Source: an uncultured Verrucomicrobiae bacterium (lineage in GTDB: Bacteria > Verrucomicrobiota > Verrucomicrobiia > Chthoniobacterales > UBA10450). From it: 64,000 bases of DNA. Both the position numbers and the translations under genes were made by a program. The notes beneath the pieces are model-generated. The model saw only the letters and a list, made by a program, of their open reading frames with translations, was not told the DNA's origin and searched no databases. This document shows positions 21,104-32,041 of this stretch, in pieces. Where the stretch lies: contig CAWDGJ010000001.1 in the NCBI GenBank assembly GCA_963801815.1, forward strand, positions 192,001 through 256,000. The letters are read 5' to 3'. Positions within the stretch are counted from its first letter, which is position 1, and each line of letters begins with the position of its first letter.

Positions 21104-21844
21104 TTAGAATCGCACGGTCTCCGCGGATTTCGCGGGCATCCAGCCTTTAAGATTGTTTGGCAACTCCGCGTAAATCCAATCGCCACGTTGACTCACGACC
21201 ATGATTTCACTACCGGACGGCAAAGCCAAAATTCGATTAGCGTTGTCGGCCGTGGCAAGCCGGGCATCAGCGTCTTGAACTGTGACAATCGCCAGGCCCG
21301 GACCGTTTTTTCCGCGCTCCAGTTTCCACGCTGCAAACATTGCCGACGCGAAGATCAAGAGCGATAAAATCGACAATGCAATCGTGCCGCCACTTCGGTG
21401 TCGATTAAAAATCAGCGCGGCCAAGCAAAACGCACAAATCCAAAACGCGATTGCGGCCACGGTCGCGTATTGATTCGGTGTCGCGAACTCCAGACTACGT
21501 TCCAGTGGCGACGGAATTAATTCCAGTGCCCGCGCTTCGTCCCGCGCGATCTTCAAATTTGCCTGCGCTTCAGGATGGCGCGGATCGAGTGCCAGGGCCC
21601 GTTCGTAATTCAAGATCGCGCGACCGAAATCTTTTTTCCTGAAATAGGCGTTGCCTAAATTGTAGAAAAGATTTGGCGTGTCTACCCTGGAACGGACGAG
21701 CTCTTCGTAATCGCTGGCTGCCGCGTTGAAATCGCCGGCCGCATATTCCTGGTTGGCCTTCACGAATTGCGAATTGGGTTGCGCCTCACTGATTCCAGTG
21801 CCGGCGAAGAGCATTGCTAGAGCAACTACGATTTGCGTTCTCAT
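21104..21844 (-). CDS. BatE-like TPR + SH3 membrane protein
   Basis: YNLGNAYFR...GRAILNYERAL TPR, two TMs, C-terminal GWMP. Confidence 0.85.
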   Translation of the reverse strand: MRTQIVVALAMLFAGTGISEAQPNSQFVKANQEYAAGDFNAAASDYEELVRSRVDTPNLFYNLGNAYFRKKDFGRAILNYERALALDPRHPEAQANLKIARDEARALELIPSPLERSLEFATPNQYATVAAIAFWICAFCLAALIFNRHRSGGTIALSILSLLIFASAMFAAWKLERGKNGPGLAIVTVQDADARLATADNANRILALPSGSEIMVVSQRGDWIYAELPNNLKGWMPAKSAETVRF

Positions 21845-23715
21845 GTGCGTAAGCTCTCCACAAGTCGCAAAACTTCTTCCTGTTCGCCTTTCGACACTTT
21901 TGATGAGCCGTTGCCGCTGCCGCTAAACCTCAGTTCGTCATTTCTCTCAAACAATGCGCGCATTTGAGCTTGCTCGGTTTCGCCAAGATCGAAAGCTTGG
22001 GCGGCCGCTTCGGCGTCGACCGCATTCGGATTGATGTTCTTGGCGACCGCCGTTTTTAGCTGCACCACTCGGGCTGCTTGCGAGAAATATACCTGAGGCG
22101 ACACATCGCCCCGACGCAGATCGCGCAGCAATTTCGCCATTTCGTGCTGACGGGCGGCTAGGCGCTGCGTTTCCCGATCGCCAATCTTCGCTCGTCGAAT
22201 TTTCCAGCCGGCAAATCCAAGCAGCACAATGAGTGGCGTAATTTGCGCGATCCAAAACGTCGACCGGGCATAGAGCGGCGAAAACGATCGAACGCTGCCG
22301 AGATCGTTCAATTGATACAAAATGTCTGCAGGCTTGGTAGCAGGGACGGGAGTCGCTGTCGCGGTCGCCGGTTGAGCTGAAGCAGCTGACAGCGCAGTCG
22401 CAACATTTGGAGCAGGCGCGGCACCGCCTTCAACCTGGATCGGCACGGGATCGCTCCGCAAAGTCACGTAGTTTTCCTTGATTGGGTCGAAGTAAGCGAA
22501 AGCGAGCGGCGGTACCTCGGTTTTCTTTTCATTAGGCGAGATGACCGTCTCGAAAGTTTTTTCACCGCTGATCCCAACGTCGTCGTCCTGTTTGAATTTT
22601 GAGGACGGCGGATATTTGTGCCAGCCATGTTCATCTTCGAGCGCCGGCCCGGTCATTCGATCAAAATTCCCGCGTCCCGAAATCGTCGCGGTGACTGTTA
22701 CCGGATCTCCGACTTGCACGTTCTTCGGCTTGGCGTCCACCGCCATCGTGAAATTTCCAATTGCGCCAGAGAAATTCGTCGGCGCGTTCGGTGGCAATGC
22801 TTTCACGTTGAGCGTCACGGTGTCGCTTTTGATCGGCAGTTCAGTCCGTTCGCCCATGCTTCCAAACGGATCGCTAAAAAACGGGTCGGAGAACGGATCG
22901 TCCATGTTAAACAGGTCGAATGGCGAACGTGGGCGAGCCGTTCGCGGTGCGCTCGGTCGCCGCGGCATGAGAATAGCCGCCTTCGCTTCCACCGGCCCAA
23001 TTTCAAATTTTCCGGCGCGCGCCGGCGAGATTGCAGTCTTGAAAGTGTAAACCTGGTAAGGGCGGCCGCCGATGGTTTCCATGGTTTCGCGCGGCTCCTG
23101 TAACTTTTGGATGGTGAAACCTTGCCCGGAAAGTTCGGGCGGTTCTAGTCGAGCATGCACGCGTGGATCGAACGCCAACCGGATCTCCGCCGGTACCATT
23201 TCGCCCACGTAAGCGTCTTTCTTTGCCACGACCAATTCCGCGAACGCGAGCTTGCTTGCGCCGGCCCGAGCATTCGGCGCAGTTTGATTCCCTTGCGCGC
23301 TGGTCGAGCTGTTTGATCCATTCGTCACGTTGAGAGCGAGCTCAGGAGTTCGCAATGAATCGTTCCCGACGCGTACTGTCTGCGACGGGATTTTGAACTG
23401 TCCGGCGCGCAACGGCAGGATCGTGTAGTTGTAGATTACGCTGCTGCTGACGTCGAAATTGTGCAGAGAGAATTGGCGCGATGTGCCGTTCTGCTGAATT
23501 TGGAGACCGTCGATTGAAATCTCCGGAGGAACATTGGCGTTCTGTGCGCCGGTTACCTTGATTTGTAATTGCACCGGTTCGCGGACCTCGGCCTCCGAGT
23601 TGCTCAACACTGCAGTCACGCTTGGCGACGCAGCAAATGCGCTGCTCCTTAAGCTGAGCGCGACCAGCGCAAGAGAAATTAGAATGCTTCTTCTATAAGT
23701 CGGCTTTGCTATCAA
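21841..23715 (-). CDS. batD: BatD family protein
   Basis: Signal peptide; YVGE, FSGAIGNF, VGDPVT, FAYFDP repeats; C-terminal TM. Confidence 0.88.
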   Translation of the reverse strand: MIAKPTYRRSILISLALVALSLRSSAFAASPSVTAVLSNSEAEVREPVQLQIKVTGAQNANVPPEISIDGLQIQQNGTSRQFSLHNFDVSSSVIYNYTILPLRAGQFKIPSQTVRVGNDSLRTPELALNVTNGSNSSTSAQGNQTAPNARAGASKLAFAELVVAKKDAYVGEMVPAEIRLAFDPRVHARLEPPELSGQGFTIQKLQEPRETMETIGGRPYQVYTFKTAISPARAGKFEIGPVEAKAAILMPRRPSAPRTARPRSPFDLFNMDDPFSDPFFSDPFGSMGERTELPIKSDTVTLNVKALPPNAPTNFSGAIGNFTMAVDAKPKNVQVGDPVTVTATISGRGNFDRMTGPALEDEHGWHKYPPSSKFKQDDDVGISGEKTFETVISPNEKKTEVPPLAFAYFDPIKENYVTLRSDPVPIQVEGGAAPAPNVATALSAASAQPATATATPVPATKPADILYQLNDLGSVRSFSPLYARSTFWIAQITPLIVLLGFAGWKIRRAKIGDRETQRLAARQHEMAKLLRDLRRGDVSPQVYFSQAARVVQLKTAVAKNINPNAVDAEAAAQAFDLGETEQAQMRALFERNDELRFSGSGNGSSKVSKGEQEEVLRLVESLRT

Positions 23716-23732
23716 CTCTCACCCTCTTCCGA

Positions 23733-25973
23733 TTACCAGTCATTATAGACACGGCGTCTAACTCTGCGTTCATCCAGTTGGACGCGCGCTTCCTCATCCT
23801 TCATCGATTGCAGCAGGAGCTCGGCTTGTTTTTCGCTCATCTGCCCTTCGTTTTCCGGTTCACCGCCAGCGAATGCGGCTCCTTCTCCCTGTTGCGACTG
23901 CGGCTCTTTGTTACCCGTCTTCCCTTTGATCTCGCCGGCGAGTTTTTTCTGCGGCGACCCCCCCGGCGTTGGTGATGGCGTGCCATTTTGTCCTTCCCCG
24001 TCGCCTGTGGCGGGAGACGGCGATGGTATTTGATCTTCGTCGCTACCAGGGGTCGGCGATTCTTCGGGCTGTTCCTGATTTCGATCTTGCGATGATTTGT
24101 CTTCGTTTTTTCCCGGTGATGGCGAGGGCTGGCCTTGTTGTTGATCTGTGCCCTGCGATGGCGATTGACTCTCGCCGGGTTTGGGCTGCTGTTGATTTTT
24201 TTTGGGCTCGTTCTTCGCCATTTGCTGGTTCGATTGGTCCTCTGAATTCTGCTTTTGGTCCGCGCTCGATTGGTTCTGCGATTGAGCCTGCTGATTCTGG
24301 TTCTGTGATTGGCCTTGCTGGTTCTGTTGCTGGTTCTGATTTTGGTTCTGATTTTGGTTCTGATCTTTCCCGCCGGAGCCATCCTGCGATTGCTGTTGAT
24401 CTTGATTCTGCTCGCCGCCGTTTCCCTGCTGATTTTTCTTCTGTTGTTGCGGCGGTTGGGGCGGTGGTGTCGGCTTTTGCTTCGGGTGCTGCTTCAATCG
24501 CTCGATCTTCTTTTTGACCTCTTCCAGGTTTGCCCTGGCCGCTTCGTTTTTGGGATTGAGCTCCAAGGTCGCTTCGTAATGCGATGCCGCGTTGGTCAGG
24601 TCCTTTAGTGTCGTGTCGTTTGTCCGGTCCATGTCCGCGCGCTCCTCGAGGGTCCGACCGAGATTGAAATGACTGTTCTCTTGAAGGCGCTTGTCGGATG
24701 ACAGGAGCGCATCGCTGAACGATTGGAGAGCTTTATTATAATCGCCCATCTTGAAAGCGGCCGCGCCGGAATCGAATTCGATTTTTTCCTTTTCGGGCGA
24801 TTCGGGATGCGCTTTCAGGTCTTCCTGGAAACTCTGATAGGCGTCGTTGTATTTGCCGTCGCGATACAGATCCAGGGCAGGCGCGCTAGCGAACGCCAAT
24901 CGCGTCATGAGAAAAACAAGCGCCGTCGCCGGCATCGCGACTTTCGACCATCGTGGCAAACGCGCTCGTGCCCGGACCTTTTTTCTTTCGCCAATCAAGA
25001 TGGACATTGTGAGGGCAACAATCGCGGCGCCGAGCGGCCATTCGTAACGCTCAATCGGGCGTCGCGATAAACGCGCGTCGATCTCGGCCGCCTTCATGTT
25101 GGCCAGGCCTTGTGTGTAAAGCTGCGACATTGTGCGCGGTCCGTCGCCGAGATGAAGGTAAAAGCTGCCGGTTGCCTGCGCGATCTCCTGCAAGCGTTTC
25201 TCGTCGAGTTTGGATTTTACGACTTGCCCAGACGAATCCTTCACAAAGGCTGTTCCGCCGTCATCGCCCGTAATCGGAATTAGCGAGCCCTGTGGAGTTC
25301 CCACACCAACGGTGAAAATCTTGATGCCGGCGTCCCCTGCCGCCTTCGCCGTTTTCACGGCGTCCCCGCTTAACTCTTCGCCGTCGGTGAAAATAATCAG
25401 TGCGCGATTGCCCGCGGCGCTCTTGCCGAAAGTTTGGACAGCGAGATTAATCGCCTCCGAAATGTTTGTCCCACCTTCCGGAATTGTTTTCGTGTCCAGG
25501 TCGTTGATGGATTCGACCGCTGCTTCGTAATCGATGGTCAACGGCGCTTGCAGGAACGCGCGACCAGCAAAGGCAATCAATCCGACGCGGTCTCCTTCCA
25601 GTTGAGTGACGAGGTCCTGCACGGCGAGCTTCACCCGTTGGAGTCGGTTCGGCTGCACGTCGTTGGAAAGCATGCTGCGCGAAGTGTCGACCGCGAACAG
25701 GAGGTCGAGCCCTTTTCGTTGCACATCTTCATAAATATAACCCCACTGCGGTTTCGCGAGACTCATGATAGCGAACGCGAGACCGAGCATGAGAAAACTG
25801 AATCGGACAAGACGGCGGGAACGATTCACGGTTGCCGACAGTTGCGGAAGCAGTCGCGGAGAAACAAACTTACGCAATCGTCCAAGCGCGCGTTGCTCCG
25901 CTCGCACGAACAAAAGTGCGAGAACTGGAATCACAAGCAATGCCCAAAACCAGACTGGCGCACCGAAGCTCAT
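23733..25973 (-). CDS. BatB-BatC-like fusion (VWA + TPR + Q/N-rich linker)
   Basis: DTSRSM MIDAS, FAG, TDGE; TPR; Q/N-rich tract; ends in DW. Confidence 0.88.
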   Translation of the reverse strand: MSFGAPVWFWALLVIPVLALLFVRAEQRALGRLRKFVSPRLLPQLSATVNRSRRLVRFSFLMLGLAFAIMSLAKPQWGYIYEDVQRKGLDLLFAVDTSRSMLSNDVQPNRLQRVKLAVQDLVTQLEGDRVGLIAFAGRAFLQAPLTIDYEAAVESINDLDTKTIPEGGTNISEAINLAVQTFGKSAAGNRALIIFTDGEELSGDAVKTAKAAGDAGIKIFTVGVGTPQGSLIPITGDDGGTAFVKDSSGQVVKSKLDEKRLQEIAQATGSFYLHLGDGPRTMSQLYTQGLANMKAAEIDARLSRRPIERYEWPLGAAIVALTMSILIGERKKVRARARLPRWSKVAMPATALVFLMTRLAFASAPALDLYRDGKYNDAYQSFQEDLKAHPESPEKEKIEFDSGAAAFKMGDYNKALQSFSDALLSSDKRLQENSHFNLGRTLEERADMDRTNDTTLKDLTNAASHYEATLELNPKNEAARANLEEVKKKIERLKQHPKQKPTPPPQPPQQQKKNQQGNGGEQNQDQQQSQDGSGGKDQNQNQNQNQNQQQNQQGQSQNQNQQAQSQNQSSADQKQNSEDQSNQQMAKNEPKKNQQQPKPGESQSPSQGTDQQQGQPSPSPGKNEDKSSQDRNQEQPEESPTPGSDEDQIPSPSPATGDGEGQNGTPSPTPGGSPQKKLAGEIKGKTGNKEPQSQQGEGAAFAGGEPENEGQMSEKQAELLLQSMKDEEARVQLDERRVRRRVYNDW

Positions 25974-25989
25974 AAGTTCGACAATAAAA

Positions 25990-26052
25990 GGTGGAACGCG
26001 CGCTCCGCGCGCGTTGCTAAATTAACATCGAGCGCGGAGCGCTCGATCCACC
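25990..26052. repeat. Short palindromic REP-like element
   Basis: GGTGGA...TCCACC ends with two GC-rich hairpins. Confidence 0.65.
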
Positions 26053-26073
26053 TGAAGTCTATGTGCTGAATAG

Positions 26074-27126
26074 TCACGGTAATTTCTTCCAGACTGTCTG
26101 GCTCAACAGAAGCTGCGCGACCAACAGACCGCAGCCGCTCATGATGCAAAGTGGAAACAAATCGCGGTACTCTTGATACTTCTTCACGGCGACGGTCGAT
26201 TTCTCGAGTTTGTCGATGTCGTTGTAGATTTCTTCGAGCGATTTGGTGTCGGTCGCGCGATAGAATTTGCCGTCGGCAATTCGTGCGACCTCTTTCAATC
26301 CGGCTTCATTGAATTCCACGGGCTGATTTTGATAGAGAATGTTGCCGAGCGCGTCAGTCATCGGGCCGCGCGAAGTATATATTGGCGCGGGCGCGATTCC
26401 GTTTATGCCCGCGCCGATCGCGTAGAAGTGGATCTTTAACGCTTTGACCGCTTCGGCCGCCGTGTTGGGCGAAATTTTACCGGCGTTATTTTCGCCGTCG
26501 GTCAGCAAAACAATGACGCGACTTTTTGAATGTTTGTCATTCAACCGGTTGGCAGCCGACGCCATCGCCGAGCCGATCGCGGTTCCGTCTTCCACGAGGC
26601 CGATTCGAACGCGTTCAAGATTTTGCAGCAACCAATCGTGATCGAGTGTCATTGGACTGACGACGTAAGGCCGGCCGGCAAAAGCGATGATGCCGATGCG
26701 ATCGTTTGGACGGCCTTCGATGAACTTGCGCGTGACTTCGCGAACGGCGTCCTGCCTTGTTGCTTCCTCGCCGCCAATAGTGAAATCGCGGGTCAACATC
26801 GAGCCGGAAACGTCGAGCACGAGCATGATGTCGATGCCGCTGGCTTCGACCTGCGTAAGACTCTTGCCAAGCTGCGGGCGTGCTATTGCGATGATGAAAA
26901 TCGCCAGGGTCGCAAAAATCAGCGCGCGCAGAAGTTTGCCGGCGCGGGCGGCGCTTTGCTTGCCAATTGCGCGAAGTGTCGAGGTTGATGAAAACGTGAG
27001 CGCTGCGCCAGGACCGCGTTTCCCGCGCAAGTATGCGAGAACTGGAATCGCCAGCAGCAGAAGAAGAAGCCACGGGCGTGCAAATGTCAGCGCGGTATTG
27101 GCCGGCCACCAATCAAGTAATCGCAA
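26074..27126 (-). CDS. batA: BatA-like VWA domain protein
   Basis: ARPQ, DVSGSM, DRIGIIAFAG, DGTAIG, LLTDGENN, IDKLEK. Confidence 0.9.
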   Translation of the reverse strand: MRLLDWWPANTALTFARPWLLLLLLAIPVLAYLRGKRGPGAALTFSSTSTLRAIGKQSAARAGKLLRALIFATLAIFIIAIARPQLGKSLTQVEASGIDIMLVLDVSGSMLTRDFTIGGEEATRQDAVREVTRKFIEGRPNDRIGIIAFAGRPYVVSPMTLDHDWLLQNLERVRIGLVEDGTAIGSAMASAANRLNDKHSKSRVIVLLTDGENNAGKISPNTAAEAVKALKIHFYAIGAGINGIAPAPIYTSRGPMTDALGNILYQNQPVEFNEAGLKEVARIADGKFYRATDTKSLEEIYNDIDKLEKSTVAVKKYQEYRDLFPLCIMSGCGLLVAQLLLSQTVWKKLP

Positions 27127-27835
27127 GTTGCTCTCCTTTCACGAAACGGGTTGCTTCTTCGAGGAGAAGGTGACTATCCGCCGAGGTTGCTTCGTAGCGG
27201 GCAAACTTAATCAAGTCGCAGCGGTTCAAAAAATCTTCGAGCAACGATTTCTCGTTTGTCGAAAATGGCGACGATTTCGCCAGCGCGGCGAGGAACTCGA
27301 CCGAAGTCTGGCGCGTCACCGGCAATGCATACTGGTTCGTGACGTAACGCCGCAAAATGTCCGACACGCGAATGCTAAATTGGTAAGGGTTCATCGTCTC
27401 GATTTCTGAGCTAATTCGTTCGAGCTCTTCCAGGGCGATTTCACGCGGTAATTTCGGCGGCAACGCAGGTTTCCGGTTTCGCTTCAGCCACCAGACGATC
27501 AAACCAATTAGCGACAAGGCGACGAAGCTCGCCACGAAGATCAACCAGGTTGGAAAGAACGAGTAATCGACCGGCGGCGCGATCTCGTGAAAATTTTGCT
27601 GGGCAGCAAAGACAGACGTTGCGAATGTCGAAACGCCCAAAAGGCTGACAATAGCCCAGCGCTTTAGCGCTGGGTACACTAACAAAACTCGCGTCGAGCC
27701 CCAATCGGGGCGACAGAATCGTTCTTTCGTCCCTGGCGGGACTTCGTATTCACGTGTATTGATAGCCCCAGCGTTAAAACGCTGGGCTATTTTCGCACGT
27801 GTTGAATTCTTCGATTTCAACATTGCCATCATCAC
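27113..27835 (-). CDS. Bat-operon accessory membrane protein (DUF4381-like) with a palindrome inserted in frame in its signal peptide
   Basis: HEIAPPV, TM, SDILRRY, QTSVEFL, CDLIKFA. Confidence 0.75.
   Translation of the reverse strand: MMMAMLKSKNSTRAKIAQRFNAGAINTREYEVPPGTKERFCRPDWGSTRVLLVYPALKRWAIVSLLGVSTFATSVFAAQQNFHEIAPPVDYSFFPTWLIFVASFVALSLIGLIVWWLKRNRKPALPPKLPREIALEELERISSEIETMNPYQFSIRVSDILRRYVTNQYALPVTRQTSVEFLAALAKSSPFSTNEKSLLEDFLNRCDLIKFARYEATSADSHLLLEEATRFVKGEQLAIT
27650..27791. mobile_element. 142-bp REP-doublet/MITE-like element with ~25-bp inverted ends
   Basis: AATAGCCCAGCGCTTTAGCGCTGGG ... CCCAGCGTTAAAACGCTGGGCTATT. Confidence 0.8.
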
Positions 27836-28735
27836 TAACGAATATTGGCGCGGCGTTCGCGCAGTTTGAAGAAAGCTCGCAGCGCCGGCAGATAATCTTC
27901 GCTCGTCCGGAGCGTGATGGCATCGATGTTGTTACGGCGAAGAGTGCGCGTAAGCTCGCGGGCGTTTTCCTGCGCCAAATCGCCGTAGCGAGCGCGGACG
28001 CCGCGATCGGCGGTATTGATTTCAATTTGTTCGCCGGTCTCCGCGTCTTCCAACGTGATCATGCCGACGTTTGGCAGCACCGTTTCACGTTCGTCCTGAA
28101 CGTGGACGGCAATAAAATCGTGGCGGCGCGCGCTGACAGCGAGCGCGTGTGAGAAATCAGGCGCTTGAAAATCGGAGATAAAAAAGGCGACCGCTCGGCG
28201 GGTGACGATTTTGTTCAGGTAGTCGAGCGCCAAGGCGGGATCGGTCCCGCGGCCCGACGGGTTCAAAAAACAGAATTTCGCGAATGAGTCGAAGCGTGTG
28301 CGACCGGCCTTTCTTCGGAGGAATGAACAGCTCGACGCGATCGGTAAAAAGAAGAAGGCCGACCTTGTCGTTGTTGCGAATCGCGCTGAAAGCCAGCAGA
28401 CAGGCAACCTCGGCTGCGAGCTCGCGTTTGGATTGCTGGGCGCTCCCGAAATTTCCGGACGCGCTAACATCGACAATCAGCATGACGGTAAGCTCGCGTT
28501 CTTCGGTGAACTTCTTGACGAAGGCGTTTCCGAGCCGCGCGGTCACGTTCCAATCGATGGCGCGGATTTCGTCGCCCGGTTGATATTCGCGCACATCCTC
28601 GAAATTCATTCCCCGGCCCTTGAAGACACTGTGGTAATTGCCGGCAAACACCGTCTCGACCAGACCGCGTGTTTTAATTTCCAGCGTGCGGATCTTCTTA
28701 AGAATCTCTGCGGTTTTTTCCTGCAGCCCGTTCAT
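27835..28735 (-). CDS. DUF58 family protein; +1 frameshift near 28260
   Basis: KGRGMNFEDVREYQPGDEIRAIDWNVTAR, DVSAS, then ISDF...LEDAETGE in the next frame. Confidence 0.92.
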
Positions 28736-28740
28736 CGCGA

Positions 28741-29727
28741 CTATGGGACGGGAAGGCCTGCAAAAATTCGCTCGATGATTGTTTCGCTGGTGACCGCTTC
28801 AGCTTCCGCTTCGTAACTAACAATGATCCGGTGGCGCAGAACGTCCGGGCCGATGCTTTTCACGTCCTGCGGCGTAACGTAACCCCGACCGCTGAGGAAC
28901 GCATGGGCGCGCGCACCCAGCGCGAGATAAATCGTGGCGCGTGGTGACGCGCCGTAGCGAATCAAACCTTCCAGCGGGAGAGTGTAAGCCGCCGGCTCGC
29001 GCGTGGCCCAGACAACATCGACAATGTAGTCCTTCACGCGGTCGTCGATGTAAATTTGGTTCACCACATCGCGCGCGGCGATAATCTGTTTCGGATCAAC
29101 AACTCCCTGAACGCGCAAGTCCGGCGCCGAGGTCGCCATCAAATCCAAAATCATGCGCTCTTCGGATTTTTGCGGATAACCGACGTTCAATTTAAACATG
29201 AACCGATCGAGCTGCGCTTCCGGGAGTTGATAGGTGCCTTCCTGCTCGATCGGATTTTGCGTGGCCAGCACGAGAAACGGATCGGAGAGGGGATACGTTT
29301 GCTCGCCGATTGTAACCTGACGTTCCTGCATCGCTTCGAGCAACGCGCTTTGCACCTTTGCCGGTGCGCGGTTGATTTCGTCCGCGAGAATCAGGTTCGA
29401 AAAAATCGGACCAAGCTTTGTGGAAAACTCGCCGGTACGCGGATTGTAAATGAGAGTACCGATCAAGTCGGCGGGCAAAAGGTCGGGAGTAAATTGCAAT
29501 CTCTGGAAACCAGTCTGGATCGCAGACGCCATCGTTTTGACAGTGAGCGTCTTGGCCAAACCGGGAACGCCTTCGAGCAAAATGTGGCCATTGGCGAGAA
29601 GGCCGAGCAAAAGCCGGTCGACCAGATATTTTTGACCGACCACCACGCGCGAAACTTGTTCGCGAAGGGCCGGGACCCAGTGGCCAAGCTCCTGGACCTC
29701 ATGAGTAATTTCCTGCGTAGATTTCAT
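28741..29727 (-). CDS. moxR: MoxR family AAA+ ATPase
   Basis: EGVPGLAKT, QFTPDLLPAD, DEINRAPAKVQSALLE, ATQNPIEQEGTY, GASPRA. Confidence 0.97.
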   Translation of the reverse strand: MKSTQEITHEVQELGHWVPALREQVSRVVVGQKYLVDRLLLGLLANGHILLEGVPGLAKTLTVKTMASAIQTGFQRLQFTPDLLPADLIGTLIYNPRTGEFSTKLGPIFSNLILADEINRAPAKVQSALLEAMQERQVTIGEQTYPLSDPFLVLATQNPIEQEGTYQLPEAQLDRFMFKLNVGYPQKSEERMILDLMATSAPDLRVQGVVDPKQIIAARDVVNQIYIDDRVKDYIVDVVWATREPAAYTLPLEGLIRYGASPRATIYLALGARAHAFLSGRGYVTPQDVKSIGPDVLRHRIIVSYEAEAEAVTSETIIERIFAGLPVP

Positions 29728-29806
29728 GTATTTTTGTAGACAACTTCAGACAAACGCGGGCGCGAAATGTTCGATTCGCGCCCAAGCCGCTGCAGCCCGT
29801 GGCTGG

Positions 29807-31209
29807 CTACAATTTTTGACTGCGCGGGCGTAAAGTCAAAAGGATCGGCAGGCCGGGGTAGGGCGCGTAATCGCGGATCCGTGCCTCGAGATAACGGCCG
29901 TAAGTGCGCGCAAGTAAGCGCGGATCGTTGACGAACAACACGAACTCCGGCGGTTGAAGCCGCTGGGAGTTTTTCGAACCGCCTGGACTGCGTAGCATAA
30001 AACAATTTCAACCGCTTGCCTTTGACCATTGGCGGCGGGTTCGAAGCAAACGCCGCGCGCATTAACCGATTCAAAACTCCAGTCCCGATGCGCGTTCGAT
30101 GAAGCAATTTCGATCTTGTCCACCATTCCGAACAAGCGCGCGACGTTTTCACCGGTTCGCGCGGACGCGATCACCACCGGCGCGTAATCGAGAAAGAAAA
30201 TCCTTTCGCGCGCTTCATCGGCGAGGTCGCGGATAGTTTTGGCGCCGCCGCGTTTTGGTTTCACCAAGTCCCACTTGTTAAGGACAACGATCGCCGCTTT
30301 GCCTGCTTCCTGGATTAGACCGGCGATCCGTTTATCCTGCGCGGTGATGCCGCTGATCAGATCGATGATCAGCACGCAAAGGTCTGCGCGTTGAATGCTG
30401 CGTTGAGCCCGCATAACGCTGAAAACTTCCACCGAGCTCGAAACTTTTCCGCGACGGCGAATTCCCGCGGTGTCGATGAAACGAAATTGCCGGCCGCCGC
30501 GCTCATAGGCGATGTCAACGGAATCCCGTGTCGTCCCGGGCAATTCGCTTACGATCGCGCGCTCACTCTGGACGATGGCATTGATGAGCGAGGACTTCCC
30601 AACGTTCGGCCGACCGACAATCGCAAGGGCGATCGGAGGTTTGGTCCGAGTCGGACTGGCAGGTAAGGTTTGATCTTCGATTTGTTCGGCCGTCGCGGCC
30701 TCGGGCAAAAGTCGCTCGATTTGATCGAGCAAGTCAGCAATCCCGCGGTTATGCTCGGCGCTGACGGAAACATTGTGGTCGAACCCTAACGAGTCGAAGT
30801 CCGCAGCGAGCGCTTCGTGCTTTTCGTTATCGATTTTGTTAGCGACGAGCACAATCGGGCGCCGGGATTTGCGCAACAGCCGCGCGAGATCTTGATCGAC
30901 TGGCGTCAGCCCATCGCGCGCGTCGACTATGAACAGCACCAAATCACATTCGCGGAGCGCCTGCTCGACCGCGCTGCGTACTTGAGCGGTCAGTTCTCGT
31001 TCGCCGGTGCCTAGAATTCCGCCTGTATCCCAAAGCACGAACGGCTTCGCGCCGCGCTCGCAGATTGCTGAGATCCGGTCGCGGGTGATTCCCGGCTGAT
31101 CGTGGACGATGGCGATCTTGCGGCCGACCAAGCGATTGAAGAGCGCAGACTTTCCGACATTGGGCCGGCCAATAATTGCGACGCTGGGGTGTTTGGCCTG
31201 TCCGTTCAT
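29807..31209 (-). CDS. der: Ribosome biogenesis GTPase Der; two +1 frameshifts (~30096, ~29985)
   Basis: Tandem GRPNVGKS GTPase domains with DTGG/DTAG and NKID/NKWD; KH-like C-terminus recovered across frames. Confidence 0.95.
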
Positions 31210-31251
31210 CGCGCAAACTACATGTGAATCGTTCTTCGTGAATCGTGAATC

Positions 31252-31323
31252 GAGCGAGCGGGGCGAGCGAGATGTCCGGAGACGCCGCGAGGGTAGCGGT
31301 CGAAGTCGTGGGAACGACTGAGA
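31252..31323. repeat. Structured intergenic repeat, copy A (copy B at 32042-32113)
   Basis: Shared GAGCGA.ATG.CCGG...GCCGCGA(G)GGTAGCGGTCGA and a GGGA-loop hairpin. Confidence 0.7.
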
Positions 31324-31380
31324 AACAATCGTCAGCCCGATGTGACGATTTAACGTTTCAACGCTTCAACGATGACCGAT

Positions 31381-31990
31381 CTAATCGGCTCGCGCGTGCG
31401 CGTGTCCCTCGGCTTGCAGCTGCCGCACGCCTTGCATCACATAAATGATGCCGGACACGAGAGTGAAGATTCCGGCGACAATGACGACAAAGGTGAGTGG
31501 AAGGAAACGCAGCTGCAACATGACCCACGCAATCGCGCACATTTGGCAGACAGTGGCGGTTTTTCCGGTCCAGCTCGGTTTTACTTTCATTTTATTTCCA
31601 ATGAAAAAATGCAGAATCAGAGCACCGACGAGAATTACGGCATCACGCGTGATCACGAGCACGGGAAACCAGATCGGAAATTTTCCGTAATCAGGATCGC
31701 TCTCACTCCAGTTGCTGATGCTGAGCGTAATGATTCCGCTTAAAAGCAGACCCTTTGTCGGCGATCGGATCGAGGATTACGCCTAACGAACTCCGTTGCT
31801 TGTAATGGCGCGCGACGTAGCCGTCCAATCCGTCACTCGCTGCCGCTACCATAAAGATAAGGATGGCGGTGAAACGCATCCATTCCTGCGGTGCATGATT
31901 TTGAATACTTTGGCCGTAGTAAATCGCCATGGTGACGAACGCCGGAATCATCAAGATTCGCGCGACGGTGATCTTATTGGCAGTCGTCAT
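31381..31990 (-). CDS. pgsA: CDP-alcohol phosphatidyltransferase; +1 frameshift near 31752
   Basis: ANKITVAR, SDGLDGYVAR, LGVILDPIADK, then RD...GKTAT in the next frame. Confidence 0.9.
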
Positions 31991-32041
31991 CGCATTTATT
32001 GTAGCGGCGGTCTGCCTGTCACGCCATAGCCTTGGCGAATG

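Noticed and set aside
23960..24480. Q/N-rich tract and 12-bp repeats as prion-like domain or array
   Set aside because: Low-complexity Q-rich linkers are a usual feature of BatB/BatC-type proteins
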